Assembly (NCBI GenBank): GCA_002633005.1
Contig: NMRA01000027.1
Coordinates: 1,327,587 to 1,391,586, forward strand
DNA: 64,000 bases
DNA from: Phoronis australis
Taxonomy: Eukaryota > Animalia > Phoronida
Reading direction: 5' to 3'
In this document: piece by piece, positions 49,237 through 62,318 of the stretch
Layout: the number at the start of each line of letters is the position of its first letter
Numbering within the stretch: position 1 is the first letter of the stretch
Notes under the pieces: model-generated
Told to the model about the DNA's origin: nothing
Seen by the model: the letters and a program-made list of their open reading frames with translations, nothing else
Database searches by the model: none
Program-made: the position numbers and the translations under genes

Positions 49237-50536
49237 CTATCCTGTTCCTCCCAGTCTTCACGAAGGCACAGAGTTCCATTCAGTCTTCTTAAAATTATAC
49301 CTGACGTTGGTCGCCGCAGCTGACCCGTGCCCCAGATGTTGTCCCTGCTTGAACTATGAGTCCCTATAGTTAGATTCAAGAATCGCGTTGGCAGTGACTG
49401 GAACTGAGCTCACTTGTAAACAATGTAATCAATATTTTAAGAACTAATCAACTTTTGCTCACCCTTTAAATGGTTGTTAATGGACACAAATACAATACTT
49501 TATTCATGTCAGTTCCGACTCATTAGCAGACAATCAAAGTAATGAACTGTCGGAGTTCAGGTTTCGGAATTGTGGACATTCGAAGTAGTGAACTTTCGAA
49601 GGTAGCGAACCCTCGGGGTAGTGAACTTTCGGAATAGTGACACGTAACCTTGGAAATCTTTTCCATCAAGTTTGTTGCTCGGTCTGAAGTCTGCGATTGT
49701 GTGCACCATTGACATTGATTGTTCATTGACCAAAAGTTTTTATTAGGTCTAGACCTACTTTTCCCGAATAATGTGAGCACGCTCATCGGGGTTTTCTCAG
49801 TGCAAGAAAACACGTACTAGGTATATGTCTCGTTTTTAAGCAACGTTGTCTGAGGACTGCCTATACCGTTGGCGTGTAAATGTACTGAATTTAATAGAAC
49901 AGAAACGTACACACGTGTACAGGCGTGCATGACAATCCACCAATCCACAATCAAAGTGGACACTGGATGAACAACATAGTTGACGACCACTTTCAATTCC
50001 AAAGTTGAAAATGCCTTCACTTCTCCCTACTATGCCAACAAGTATACCAAAATAACAGATAACAAACCTATTTTCAGCTGTTTAGTTTCTTGGTCGATTT
50101 TAAGGCATTCTCATCACACTATTTTTGTGTATCTCTCTATTTTCTATATATCTTAGCTATAAAAAATTGTTTCTAGACTCCCTTGTTACCTTATGGTGTA
50201 GCCACCACGCGCGTTAAATGCCGATGAGTTCCGGTAACATAAAGCCTTCTCTAATCGTATGCACGATCCTGTGTTCCACGCAAACACCATTCGCCCGAGG
50301 GCGAAGTTGGCCGAGTACGGCCAATGATTACCTAAAGCGCTTTTCATTAGAAGCAAATTCAAAATTATTCTGAACTTAGTTATCATTGCAGTTAGTAGTA
50401 ATAGCAGCTGCAACATTTTTTGGTTGTTGTCCATCTATGTACTATCTTTAACAGACAGGCAGGGCCGGGCTGGACCTTTTCCACGGGGAGGGGACGATCG
50501 AACCGCCCGAACCCCCTCCCGCTGGCCATGGGCCTG
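49237..50536. repeat. Second copy of the composite repeat seen at 25623-27215
   Basis: Collinear blocks as listed for the first copy. Confidence 0.7.
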
Positions 50537-51748
50537 ACTATCTTTGCAGTGAGCAGTTTTAACGAGCTCATTATAGTACAGTAGCTGCCGCCTTTAGCAT
50601 CACTTAAATGGGCTGACTTTTTGACAGTCTCTCGTATCCTAAAGTTTGGGTTTTATCACGTATTTCTAAAATGCGTACATTCTTCGATCGGCCAGTCGTC
50701 GCTCAGTGTGACGCAAGTGCTGAGTAGAGGTATGCGAGATGTCGCCATGCGTGTACTGCAAGCTAACCACGTTATCAGTCACAACAGCTTCATTATCGAG
50801 ATTTTTGTGCTCCTACGAAACTCTGCCCAGATTTAACAGGGATCTCGAAAATTTGAGGTAGGACAATTTTCCAACAGCAGGCCGTGGTTGAGGTTTTTGG
50901 TACAGCCCACGCTGTATTTTGTCTGTCATGGGCCATTTAGTGGTCAGTGGCGTATGGAATTAGTTTTTTGTGGTACTTCGAATGCATGAGGTAGCTCATT
51001 TTGGGGGTACTTTCTGAGCTTCTGGGAGACACTTTCCAGAGTGCAGTTTGTCTTAGGCCATAACAGTGTTCACTGCGCTACTGTTTCAAATCAGTTTCGG
51101 CCGGTACCTCCCATTTCTAATCCAGCTCATTTCTGCCCTCTTGTAAGGTCCCCTGGGCCATACCCAGAGTGCAGACACCGACAGACGTCCATTTCTGGGG
51201 TTCACTCCAAGTGCTTTGATTGTCAGATTATGGTACCTCGTTTATTTATGCTAAGTGCAACTGTCTGCAGCCGTGAAATTGCTACATGTCACTTTCCCAG
51301 ACTTAAAGGACTATTGTGCCTACTTGAGTTTGTTCAGCTATTGGCTCTCATTGTCACGTGTTCTAAGGTATTTTCTTTGTTATCCAATCTCGTGTTTAAC
51401 TTCTTTGTGACGACCACGTCGACATGTACGTCCTAAAACTTATCCATTTTTAAGCACCCTCTACGTACCATCCCCCATTTCGGCATTTTCTCGTAACTCC
51501 ATGTGGCCGGCGCTTTTTATTGTCCATCTTACCAGAGATCATTATTTATTATTTAGAATACTTGTTTTGTATTATCTATCTATTTCTTGTAACTGTATTT
51601 GTCGTAATAATTGGCATTATATCGACTGTAGCTCCGCCTCCTTTTCATTTAAATTCTCGTAACGAGCTTGCGACGCACGTTATATCAATTATATTACTCA
51701 GACATATTGTCGATCATAAATATGTTGATTAGATGCTGGAGGTCCGGC

Positions 51749-51819
51749 TATAAATGAAGATCATATTCATCATTCGACAGTCAGACCAAGAAAACGACTT
51801 TACACGTTTTGACAAATTG
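51749..51819 (+). promoter_or_regulatory. TATA box and candidate short non-coding first exon of the peptide-precursor gene
   Basis: CTATAAAT (TATAAA at 51749-51754), CAGTCAG about 28 nt downstream, consensus donor G|GTAAGT at 51819/51820. The link to the 57729 acceptor is inferred. Confidence 0.45.
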
Positions 51820-54800
51820 GTAAGTGTTGACCAAATTTTATTAGCGTCATCGACGTCTGTACACCTGCTAATGAGCAGGCAAGGTCCAGATGTACCCTGA
51901 TCACAATTCAGCGCAACGCTCAGCTATTGGCGTCTGGATTTCAAGTCCTTATCTCAAAGGGCAATCTAGTTCAAAAACTTAAAAATACATACCAAATTAA
52001 GTAATATGTAACAGGGCATAATGTTCACATCCTTTCTGTTATCAAACTAAAAGCCTTTTTCTGCACGATTTTGTACCCATTGACTATTCCGTCTATTTCC
52101 GAGACCTGAGTTCCTGTGCACCAGTTGAAGAACGATAACTGAATGACGGTCATGTCGGCTTGAAAACGTATTGACATCCCCGTGAGCGTAAATGCGTTGT
52201 TACTTTGTTTAACTGTTTTTGATTCTCATTTTGATTCTTTTTTATGCAAACTTAATGGTCTAGTGTCCAACTTTTACATGTTCTTTGCATATGACGAATA
52301 ACATTTAATGCATAATCCGTAAGTTTTTGAGGTAGGCTACATGCACGTCGCATCTCCCGCTACGCAGCCAAAACTCAGCTACTGAGGTAAACCCTGACTC
52401 AGTCATCGTGGGGGTATATCAAATTTCAGCAAAGTACCGGTATAGATAACAATTTAGAGGAAAAAGCTTTCCAGATCAGCAAAGTTCTTATTTTTATCGC
52501 CATATCGTGAAACTGATGCAAAGTACCAGCCTGAACGGAGCAATTGCCGCAGTGTGACTACGCGGACGTGTGAGCGCCGAATGCGTACTTGGCAGCAAAT
52601 CAGCACGGGCTTTACTGGCCGTTAAAAATATAAAATAGACTAAAACATCCTCACACGGCGATGTTTGAATAAGCAAAAACAAGTTTTATCTCAAAACCGT
52701 GAGCTCCAAATCTCAATAACGCGCACCTATGCTTGATATTGCTGCCTGACCGGCGAAATAATTCCTCTGCAGTTGCCGTGACTCTTCACCAGGAAATAAG
52801 CCACTTCATAAATTGGCTTTGATTTTAAGTTCAGTATTAGGGTCAATATTTTTTAAAACCTGACAAAAACTTACAATATGTATCTCTGTTGTCTAAATAT
52901 CAAAATTCCGCGACGCAAACGGGGGAGGTTGAGTGCACTGAATTATAGTCAATGAGCTGAATGTAGGCGATGGAAAAATATTGCAGTGTCAGGAGCACGA
53001 CACAATATTTTTTAATCTCTTTGTCACACGAATTTCACTCATTCAAGGCCCGGGTAGCTAATTAATGTGTTCATCTTATCCCGCGGAACACAGATGTCCG
53101 CGCACGGCAGGCCAGGCAGTCCTGCTCCGCAGGGTGGCAGCTTATACGAATGCTTCTGTCTGAGTGGGAAAGATTCCTTTTACTTTAAACTCATTAATAC
53201 TTACATGTAGATTATACTATTTGACACCATGGCGAGTTTTCTTATTGAAGTTATTTCGCCCCCAAATGCTATTCTGTCGTTCAATTGTTGGCAATCTGCC
53301 TCACGGCTGTAACGGTAGTCGCGGGAGAACGCTGCCGGTATCTTAGTTTCCATCTAAATTTATTTTTGATATTTTCGCAAGTTCAATCGTCAGGATATTC
53401 TAACTGTATAACAGTTTTATTCAATTATATGGATATTGCATCTTCGTTGTTCGGTTTATACTGTTTGTTTACCACAGTTAATTACACCGAGTATAACACC
53501 CTTCGGTCTAGTCCGGCCACCATCATGGGCGGCGCACCATAGGGGGCTGAGGAGACATACCCCTCCCCCTTTTTCAGTGCTATCACGCCCATGGTCTATA
53601 AGCGGTGCACCACAGGGGGGCTTTGGGGCTTTAGCCCACAACTTTTTTTCAGTGCTGCGCCGCCCATGAAGTCGGCCTTGTTATTCAAACTTTGGCTCAG
53701 GACTCTGACTAGAACGTAATTTTATGCAAGTGTCTGAAATTATCTTTGTATGTATACGGTATTTATGATATGAAACCATTTATTCCTATAAAGCAACTGG
53801 GGACAGCATGCCTTCGTCTTTCGCCTGTGCAGTGGTCTAGATAGGTCCGCACCGGCCAGGTCATCGGCTGCAGGTAGGGATCCAGCAAACGCGGATAATT
53901 CCTGTCAAAATTTATTTTGCCACATTTTATCAACAATTTCAGTACAGATTATCTTTATTTTGATTTTACTAAAGTTAAGATCCGCCGTCGATTATTATGT
54001 CCACGTTTGCAGGCTGGTAGCAGACACTCGGCTCCAGTCGCACAGCCGGCGTTCTTAAGCCTGAGTTCCTGAATGAATTGTACTTCCGGGTTCGCGCTTA
54101 GTTCAAAATGGCGGTGTTCTTCGGGTCTGAAACATGAGTGGCGCGTTTATTTAAACTTTCGTCGACTACGAGTTGTGTATTCGTTATGGGATAGGTACTG
54201 CTTGGTTCCTTATAACTTCTTCAAACTATTTAATAAGGGTCAAAATGTGTGCTACTGGGACTTTGAAATCGTTTTGCGATAGTCATTCATGCAGTGTTCA
54301 TTGGCCCTTGCATTATTTGAGCATTTCAAGCCCAGTCATAAAAGGTAAAACTCTGGTTATCAATGCATAATAGAGCATTTTGAAAAACTGCACATTTTTA
54401 AGAATTAATGATTCTAGATTTTGGTAAAGCACAAAAAGTAACCGAGAACGGTATTCAAAGCATAAAAAACTACATTATTAGACGAGTTACATTAATTTGA
54501 AGAGTGAAAGTCACGTTCTACTACTATAATGTACTGTGCTTGACATCCCAGGTGTTACTTTGCGTAATTGAATCAGGCACAACACCATGTACCAGACAGA
54601 CATTGCGCAATTCAAAGGAACTCTTGGCCCCAGGAGAAAACTTGGCTGTGCCTTCAAACTGCAATCATCAGATGGCAGTCGATGCTATTGGTTCTTTGTT
54701 TGGTAGCCTCACATTCTTCTGGTTGATTGAACTGCCAGTATTGATGCTGTTCTGTGATTTTCTGGATCAATTTTAAATTATGTAGTTGACAGTGCCAGGT

Positions 54801-55076
54801 TCATAAGGGGGGAAGGGGCAATTGACCGCCATGATACTGGACCACGAATGAAAGGGAGATACTCCATATGAAGCATTCCATTGAACAAATCTATTTAAAA
54901 GTGTGGTAGACCATTCCCGAATATTGTGAATGCAGCAATAGCTGACTTTCGAAATAGCCGCACCATATTAAAATTCACTTAACGGCCACACGGCGGAAAC
55001 GTCTTTGGTCGTCAAGCGTTCAGCGCCACCTACAGATCATATTTAATGCGTAATTATGAGAAAAGAGTCGTCATTA

Positions 55077-55342
55077 CACACAACTCAAATAGATCTCAGT
55101 CACAAGCCTCGGAATCTACATTTAGTTTTTCAAACAGCATTTTCGTCATGTCGGATAGATACGAAAAATCTGCTGTGTTGTATAAATTGGGGATGGAGTG
55201 CATGACTACGAGAAAAAGTCTTATTTACGAGAAAAAATAATTCAGTCTTTTTCTCGTAATTACGACTTTTTTCTCAAATTAATAGTCGTTATTACGGGAA
55301 AAACGTTGTAATTACGAGGCTTGTGACTGTTTGAGTTGTGTG
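55077..55342. mobile_element. Foldback MITE with internal TACGAGAAAAA-type repeats
   Basis: CACACAACTCAAA..CAGTCACAAGCCTCG versus CGAGGCTTGTGACTGTTTGAGTTGTGTG inverted ends. Confidence 0.55.
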
Positions 55343-57734
55343 TTCTGTATATGGAGACGGATGTCTTCCATCGAATCGTGTTAAAGCAGCAGATCTATAC
55401 AGGAATCCCATCATGCACCATTTGTAAGTGCAATGACTATGGACCAATACTGAGGAACTTCCTTCTTACTCAGTAAACGTACTGCTGTACTTACCAACAT
55501 TTCTGTGTTGCATGCCTACCTCTCAGCCCTGAATAGGCGGACAAAACATTGAACCTGCTTCACGTAAGGCACATTAGTCATTTTCCGGATAAGTTATGGT
55601 GGTATGCGTACATGTGGTGACAGTTAATACAGAAAAGGTGCCAGTCTTATGTGAAACTCAACAGTTGCTTCACTATCCGAAACTTTCCCAATAATTCCCT
55701 TAATTTAAGACAATTCTTGTTTTTTTTCTTAAACCATCTTAAAGTAATCAGTTTTTTTGAAAAATTCCAGGTAAAATCAGGTAAAATGAACCAACTTCAA
55801 TCAGAAATCTGGTCAATTGTTGGCGTGGATTGAGTAACTTGAATAACACACTTATAAAAAGAAAAAAATATATTATAGAAGCAAACATCAAAACAGTAAA
55901 TACAGCATTCAAAAGTTCACAAAGGGCAATTACAGAGACTCTGGTTGGCCACACAAATTTTGTTGTCGTTACTCAGAACAAATGAACACATACAAATACT
56001 AAAAACAAACTTGCGAAGAAATGTTACTTGATTCAACATTTCCAGTCCTCAGGTGAACCTGGTTTTTGTAGAGAAGTGTACAGTGGATGACTTTGCGTTG
56101 AAATTGTGTTCACCAACCTCGGAACCAGTACCTGTAAGAACTACTCGAACAGTTACAAGGCTCACAAACACTTCTTCAGAGGAGCTCGTTTCAAAGGGTT
56201 GAAACATTGAGTCAAACAACACTTCATCGCAGGGTATCATTGCAAACCAAAAAAATACAGCAACATGCAAAATTTTATAAATCTAAGCAAATCTATCTAT
56301 ATAGTAAGTCCTTCAAAACACAATGGACAGTGTTATGTTCCGTATGTAACTACACGGCGTAGATGAAGCTAACCATAATACCGATGACAACGCGCAGGAC
56401 GATGACCAAAGCCACGACATTGCCGCCAATTCTTTCAACAATTAACATCGACTGTGTTGTCGGAAAACCGTCAACAACATCGACGATAACGATAAAACCA
56501 CCTTCAACACTAGCTGAATGACATTCGAAGCACTGTTAAACCGCAAATATTGACAACGTACCCGCCATGAAACTAACACCAACGCCACTGACACCCATCG
56601 CACGGCAAGACTCCATGACAATAAATGGTAAGCCGTAGCGACAAACCCGAATAACACATTTCAAGTACCCCTGGACATGACATATCTGCAAATTTCAGGA
56701 GAATCTGAAATTTGAAGAGTCAAGCACAAATTTGCGACATTCTATTGAGGTCAATCGACAAGAAAGTGAGGAATGATCAGTCAACAAATGAACAGTCGCC
56801 AGAAGATCTCAAATAACTCGAAACCGTTAATAAGTTGCTGCGAGTCATTTGCAATAATTAAACTCAAATATCCTAAAATCCGAGAGAAAGCGCTGCAGAA
56901 TATTCCTTTTAGAATTTTATACCGGCCAATACTTGCAATGCTTGTTCAATCCAGAAGGCACCTGCAGGTTAAATGGAATACACAAATGGTGCCAACTTGA
57001 ATACAAATTTCACGTGAACGTCAACAATTTTGTGTAGTCTTCATAAAAATGCAGTATAGCACGTGTAAACGAAATGTCGTTGCTGTTAGAGAAATGTGTT
57101 TTGGGCAAGAAGGTAGGTACTTCAGTAAAGAGATCGATGTATCCACAATATTGAAAGGGAAGGGGACGAAATGTCGCTTATCAGAAGAAAATGTCATAAG
57201 TTATACACGTGCCGATTTTGAGCGCAGAATATTGAAAAACGCGGATTTCAAAAACGCCCAAATTAATGAACTTTTGAAAACAATATGGCCGCAACGTCCA
57301 CAAGTATGAATGTGATTATAACGAAAAACAACCGGTTCGAGTACTTACGCGATACATGAAGAGATTGTATGTAAATGTCATGTCCATCTGAATCGAATAA
57401 TATAACCTTCGGTGCGAACAAACACACTCGTTTCTGGCAAAGCAACATACTTGGCAAAATTTCATGTAGCCAAGTAATGAATCACAATTTCTGCACAAAA
57501 TATCACCAAACTAATTTAAAGCACTACCATATGGAAGTGTAAGAAACTAACGTTAACTTGTGAATAAATAGATATCATTGAAATGTTTCCAGTTGGTCAC
57601 TGTCCAAAGGTTAGCTTTTTATATTACCAGAGATCGTGGCATGTACTGGCGACTATTCAGTTAATCTACTGTCATGGAAATCTGTTGTCTACGTGTTCTG
57701 ATAGTACCGTTTCTATTTTGCTTCCTAGGTAACC

Positions 57735-57796
57735 ATGAAGAACGCTGCGTTTTTCCTTACTCTGTTGGTGATCACAACTTTGATCGTGACTGCAAC
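57735..57796 (+). CDS. Signal-peptide exon of a candidate small secreted protein (MKNAAFFLTLLVITTLIVTA-T)
   Basis: Acceptor TTTTGCTTCCTAG ending 57728, ACCATG start, 20-codon hydrophobic signal sequence, phase-2 GTAAGT donor. Confidence 0.6.
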
Positions 57797-60210
57797 GTAA
57801 GTTTCTTACTATATAATGCGATTTTTGAAGCTAACTTCGTCTAGACAAGGCTATGCGGGAGATATCGTCACCCTGATTTATCACGGTCCACCCACGCTCA
57901 TTTTCTGAAAACGACGTTGTTCGCGAAATCGTCGACTAAGGTTAATTTGTTTATTTCGCTGTCGCGTCATCCAGCACACCTCCGGTATTTTCGAATAGCC
58001 TCAGATTATCTTTCGCTGGCGTTTCGCATTTGCTCAATGATTTGGTCATGAAGAGACAGCTTAATTCATGGCTTCAGCAATTACACGATTCAAAAGTCGT
58101 ACGCTGTGCAATCCCCAATCCTTAGCAAGCCTCCTGGTGGAGTGTTTTAAAATCCTGTTATCTCAGCTCATTTGAGGACATTCTTGCCTTCTACAGAAGA
58201 CGTATCCCAGTGTTTGCGATCATGTACACTCCATTTTGTTAGCAGTGTCGTGTCTTGCTATAATGAGTGAGCGACAATTTGTGAACCGATTAGGACGGGT
58301 TAGTTACATAATTTTCTATAATTCACTAGGTTCGAGTTTTATGCCAAATTAACAAGTAAAAAGCAGCGGTCTTATTCGTATATCGCTAGGTAGGCGAAAA
58401 CTTGGCATTTTAAAGCAAAATCCTAACAGTGTATTTGAGACATAACGTAGTTTTCATTTATAAAAGTTTCAGTAAAATCGGCTGAAGGGTTATTTTACTA
58501 TGAATTTACATTTCTTGCACGTGAAAATGTGACTTAAAAACATGGTCACGTGACAATAAAAAGACACAGTAGCAAGAAACAGTTTTTAGAATCCTCGATC
58601 TTTCTCCTTTCAGAAAATGTGCACTCTTAACGGTTGACAAATCACAGTTCTTTCGATGTTTGACTTAGAGTTGAGGTCGTTAATTAAGGTCCTAGATAAC
58701 CCAGACCAGTCCTACCCGGTTCACAAATTCATGGCCGTGGCTTAGCCGCGATGCTGAAAAAACCTATTCGCTAATTTCTACATGTATTATAATGCATCCG
58801 GTAATACTTGCATTTCAATTTTAAAAATAGTCGTGTTGGTCGTTTGCCTTATTTAGTGATCGTATTTTTGACTTTGAAACGCATCTAAACAGGCCCGTTA
58901 GTTTGCGACCGATATTGTCTCATCCAGTACAACACACATTCTGTCAAGGCCATGAATAGAGACCACCTCGCTTTAATCTCTGACTACGCCATAAAACTTT
59001 GATGTGCCTAGGAATTAGTTGGATACCGTGGGATGACCAGAGCACGGTTTCTCATCCACTTGCATCCAAATCCTGTTAGCGTAAAAGTTGCCTAATGGGT
59101 GACCTTAAAGAGACCTGGAACGCGAAAAAGTGACAAAATTGCACCATTCAAGGTGGTTCTATGCCACTGAAACAGAATTCAACCTGCCCACCTGGTATCA
59201 GTTATTTTTAATTTTTTTTCGTGTGACTCAATACTTTGAATTTCAGTTGCTGTCAAAGCATTTTTCTTTTTGTTTCAAATTTCGAAAAAACGACCTTTCA
59301 ACTGCTCGTCACTTTTTCTCCCTCAAGGTAAAGAACGTCTACGTATCTATATGTAGTTTGGCAAAACATAGACGTAGCACATTTCCCTTACATGGAAAAT
59401 TTGACCTTTGGCCATTAATCTGAACGAAACAATGGCGCCTTCAAGCAGCAGTTAGTCCGATTTAAAGAGGCAATGGATGCAAGTCCTAACTGGTAAAATT
59501 AGTTATAAAGGTATCGTAATACTCAAATATATTCTAAAATGCCCATGGAATTATATTTGGATTTCTTTTGCTTCACTGGCTTGCCTAGCTCATGGTGTGA
59601 TGGCGACCTCAGACTGAGATTCAGAGTGAGGTCACACCGTTATATTCATTTTGTCACTCAGCTGGGAAGAGTTCAGTAGCTGTCTCGCGACTAGAAATAT
59701 ATTGCCAAAATCACGTGTTCTCATTTAAAATACGCGGCGACATCTCACGTAATGTCGCGAGAAAGTCTGTGGTGACTATATAGTTTTTCCTCTGTGCGTA
59801 TTTCAAAAATCGTAAGTTTTGTGATTTTTTCTGGAAATTCCCTCACAGGAAAAATTGAGTGACCCTGTTGTACACTTTGTCAGACGATATATTCGTCAGG
59901 AATTGTTTAAAAGACATTTTTGACTGGCTTACGCGTGGTGGGTTTTACTTAGTCACCCAAGCTCCATGCTTGGCGGGAGAATTGATTTGAGTGACAGCTC
60001 TGTAACCTTTCACCTTGGATAAGTAGGAAACAAATTCCTACGCGGTTGAAGGTGGTTCTCCTAAATCTTTTTTCTCACTACACGGTATATATTTCATATT
60101 CGAAATTCCCAGAGTGAAAACAAAGCAAAACAGTATTTTGCTAGACATATGTGAAATATTGTAAAAACGGTAAATGTTTGTGAATAAGGTTTAAGATACC
60201 CTTAACTCAA

Positions 60211-61475
60211 AGGAGAATGCCACCCGATTTAATTAGTCTTTTTACAGTCTTAATCGGTCTATATCCACATCGCCTCTTACACGGTCGATCTTACATGTGT
60301 ACCTAGCCGAGAAGTGTCGCGCTAAAATGTGAGGAATGTGAGTAAACGACGCAGCGATTTCAGTGGTTCTTCCGCAGAGTGAGTGCCGCTATGGTGTGGT
60401 GTATTGTTTCCGCTTGTGCCAACTATCAAGCAGCAAGGAAAGCGGGTATATCGTTTTTTTTTTTTCAAATTCCTCGAGAGCCCGAAAAGCTTCGGAAGTG
60501 GCTCACGGCAGTGAAGAATGAAAAGCACGCCGTTAATACGAGGCCATGAAACATCTCCGTGTCTGTGTACGGCATTTCGTCGACTGTGATTTCATTGGCG
60601 AATGCCGACTTACCGAAGCAGCTCATGCCAGAGGAGAAAAAAAGATTGATGAGCACTCTTCGGGATTGCAAGTTGTCATGTTCACGTTTATTATTGTGTG
60701 TTCTGTTTCAAAATGAATTATTCTCATATATACATTTTTCGAATCATTGTTAATGTGCAACTGTTGTCCTGACCGTTCTGTGGAAGGGGAACCTGTCTTC
60801 GCGGCCCCGACGAGTAATTAGATTTGCATTTTCGCGGCTAGTCACCAAAATAATGACATGAACATTCGGCTCACTCGTATAGTCTTTTCTAGAGTGGATG
60901 TTTACTTTCCAACTTTGGCTGGTTTATGATCGTGATGTCTTCAGTCCGGCGCGACGAACCTGGTCGGGTTCCGAGTCACTGGCCGGGTTTTGAATGTTTA
61001 GAACTGAAAAAAATCGCAATTCTAATATTACAATACATAGCTGTGTTCTCCTGTCTGTATTTCACGGAAGAATAATTCGAATTTATCACCGAACAGACTC
61101 CAAACTTCCGCGACCGACCTTGGTAAATTGGACTACCGAACTTTGCTAGGCTACAGTACGTTCAAATACCTATAAATACGTAACAGCGAAATAAAACAAC
61201 AAGTCTGTTCAAGAACTCGATGCGTTTGTAAGGGTTTTACATCTAATATTGGTGATTTATTGGTGTAAAACGATGAATTCAAGCGAAAAGGTGACACCAG
61301 TAAGCGTGTTGTGAACTGCTGAACAGACTGCATTCGAACCTCTGACGTCATTGTTAATTTCAACACCCCGTCTGCCTTCATGTGTCAGTTAAAAGAACTG
61401 AACTTGCTGTTATCGAGTGGAAGTACTCGATTTACACTGATACAAAATAGGTTGTTTTTTGGGTGGCATTCTCCT
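60211..61475 (+). mobile_element. Second, diverged copy of the Kolobok-like THAP element (compare 37150-38730)
   Basis: Same TIR AGGAGAATGCCACCC; flanks TCAA and TTAA; collinear internal sequence with an internal deletion; THAP remnant (FPREP..KW..AVKNEK..RVCVRHF). Confidence 0.82.
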
Positions 61476-62195
61476 TTAAAAGGTTTCTGTGGCTAAGGTA
61501 TTCAGTAATGAGGTCCGCAGAAACTGTGCACATTCCATATCCGCATATGCGCAGATAACGTTCACTTCCGAGAGCCAAGTTGATACTACACAACTGTTGG
61601 AGTGTTCCAAATACATTGTTGTTATTTAACGTAGTTGACTCTCGTGTCACGAGCTTCTTGTTAGATGATGTGAACTCATTCTTTGATGAATTCAAAGACG
61701 TACATGGTGAACCGCCATCTTCTCTTATTGCACGGGATCTGTTTTTTTGTGCATAGGCTTTAACGTGATAGTCCGTTTTACAAGTATGTCCGGTATATAC
61801 GCCTACTGACTGTAGTTTGTATTGTGAGAGCTTCAATTTTGTACTTGCACGTCCTGAACTATGGTCAAAGTTACTCACGACACCAAAAGTTCTACTAAAA
61901 GAGGGCGTGAAAGTGCTCTTAAATGCCGATTTTTTTCTTTCGTGCTCCTTAAATACCTGAATTTCCGTCCGAATACACCTGAACCATTGAGCTTATCATG
62001 CGAAATACTGTTCATGTAAGTGGAACCTCCGCTGGCGACCCACACGAGCCTACTGACATTTTCATCGTTCTAGTCCCTGCGTATATTTGTACCGAGTTTT
62101 TATAACTTAACATGTTTAAACATTTAGCGGATGAATAAAGAGGAATTCATTAATATTCATGTCTGACCACTGAAGCATATTTCTTTTCGATGCAG

Positions 62196-62318
62196 TGTCG
62201 TTGACGGCTTTTTGAGAAAAGAACCTAGACGCGGAACTGCTCGGAGGGCAAACGCTAATACGAATTTACAGACCAGTGTTCTTGAAGAAGACGATATGGA
62301 CATCATAGGCTATATCAG
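62196..62318 (+). CDS. Second coding exon of the candidate secreted peptide precursor
   Basis: TTTCTTTTCGATGCAG acceptor; phase 2 matches the upstream exon; VVDGFLRKEPRRGTARRANANTNLQTSVLEEDDMDIIGYI, then GTCAGT donor. Splicing gives a V-D-G|F signal-peptidase site. Confidence 0.5.

Noticed and set aside
56049-56270. VLTGTGSEVGE as a Helitron PIF1 helicase fragment
   Set aside because: Lacks the following IPRI motif or any other helicase motif.
61432-61878. 148-aa minus-strand ORF
   Set aside because: No recognisable motif, GTG start, and it runs into a transposon TIR; likely chance.
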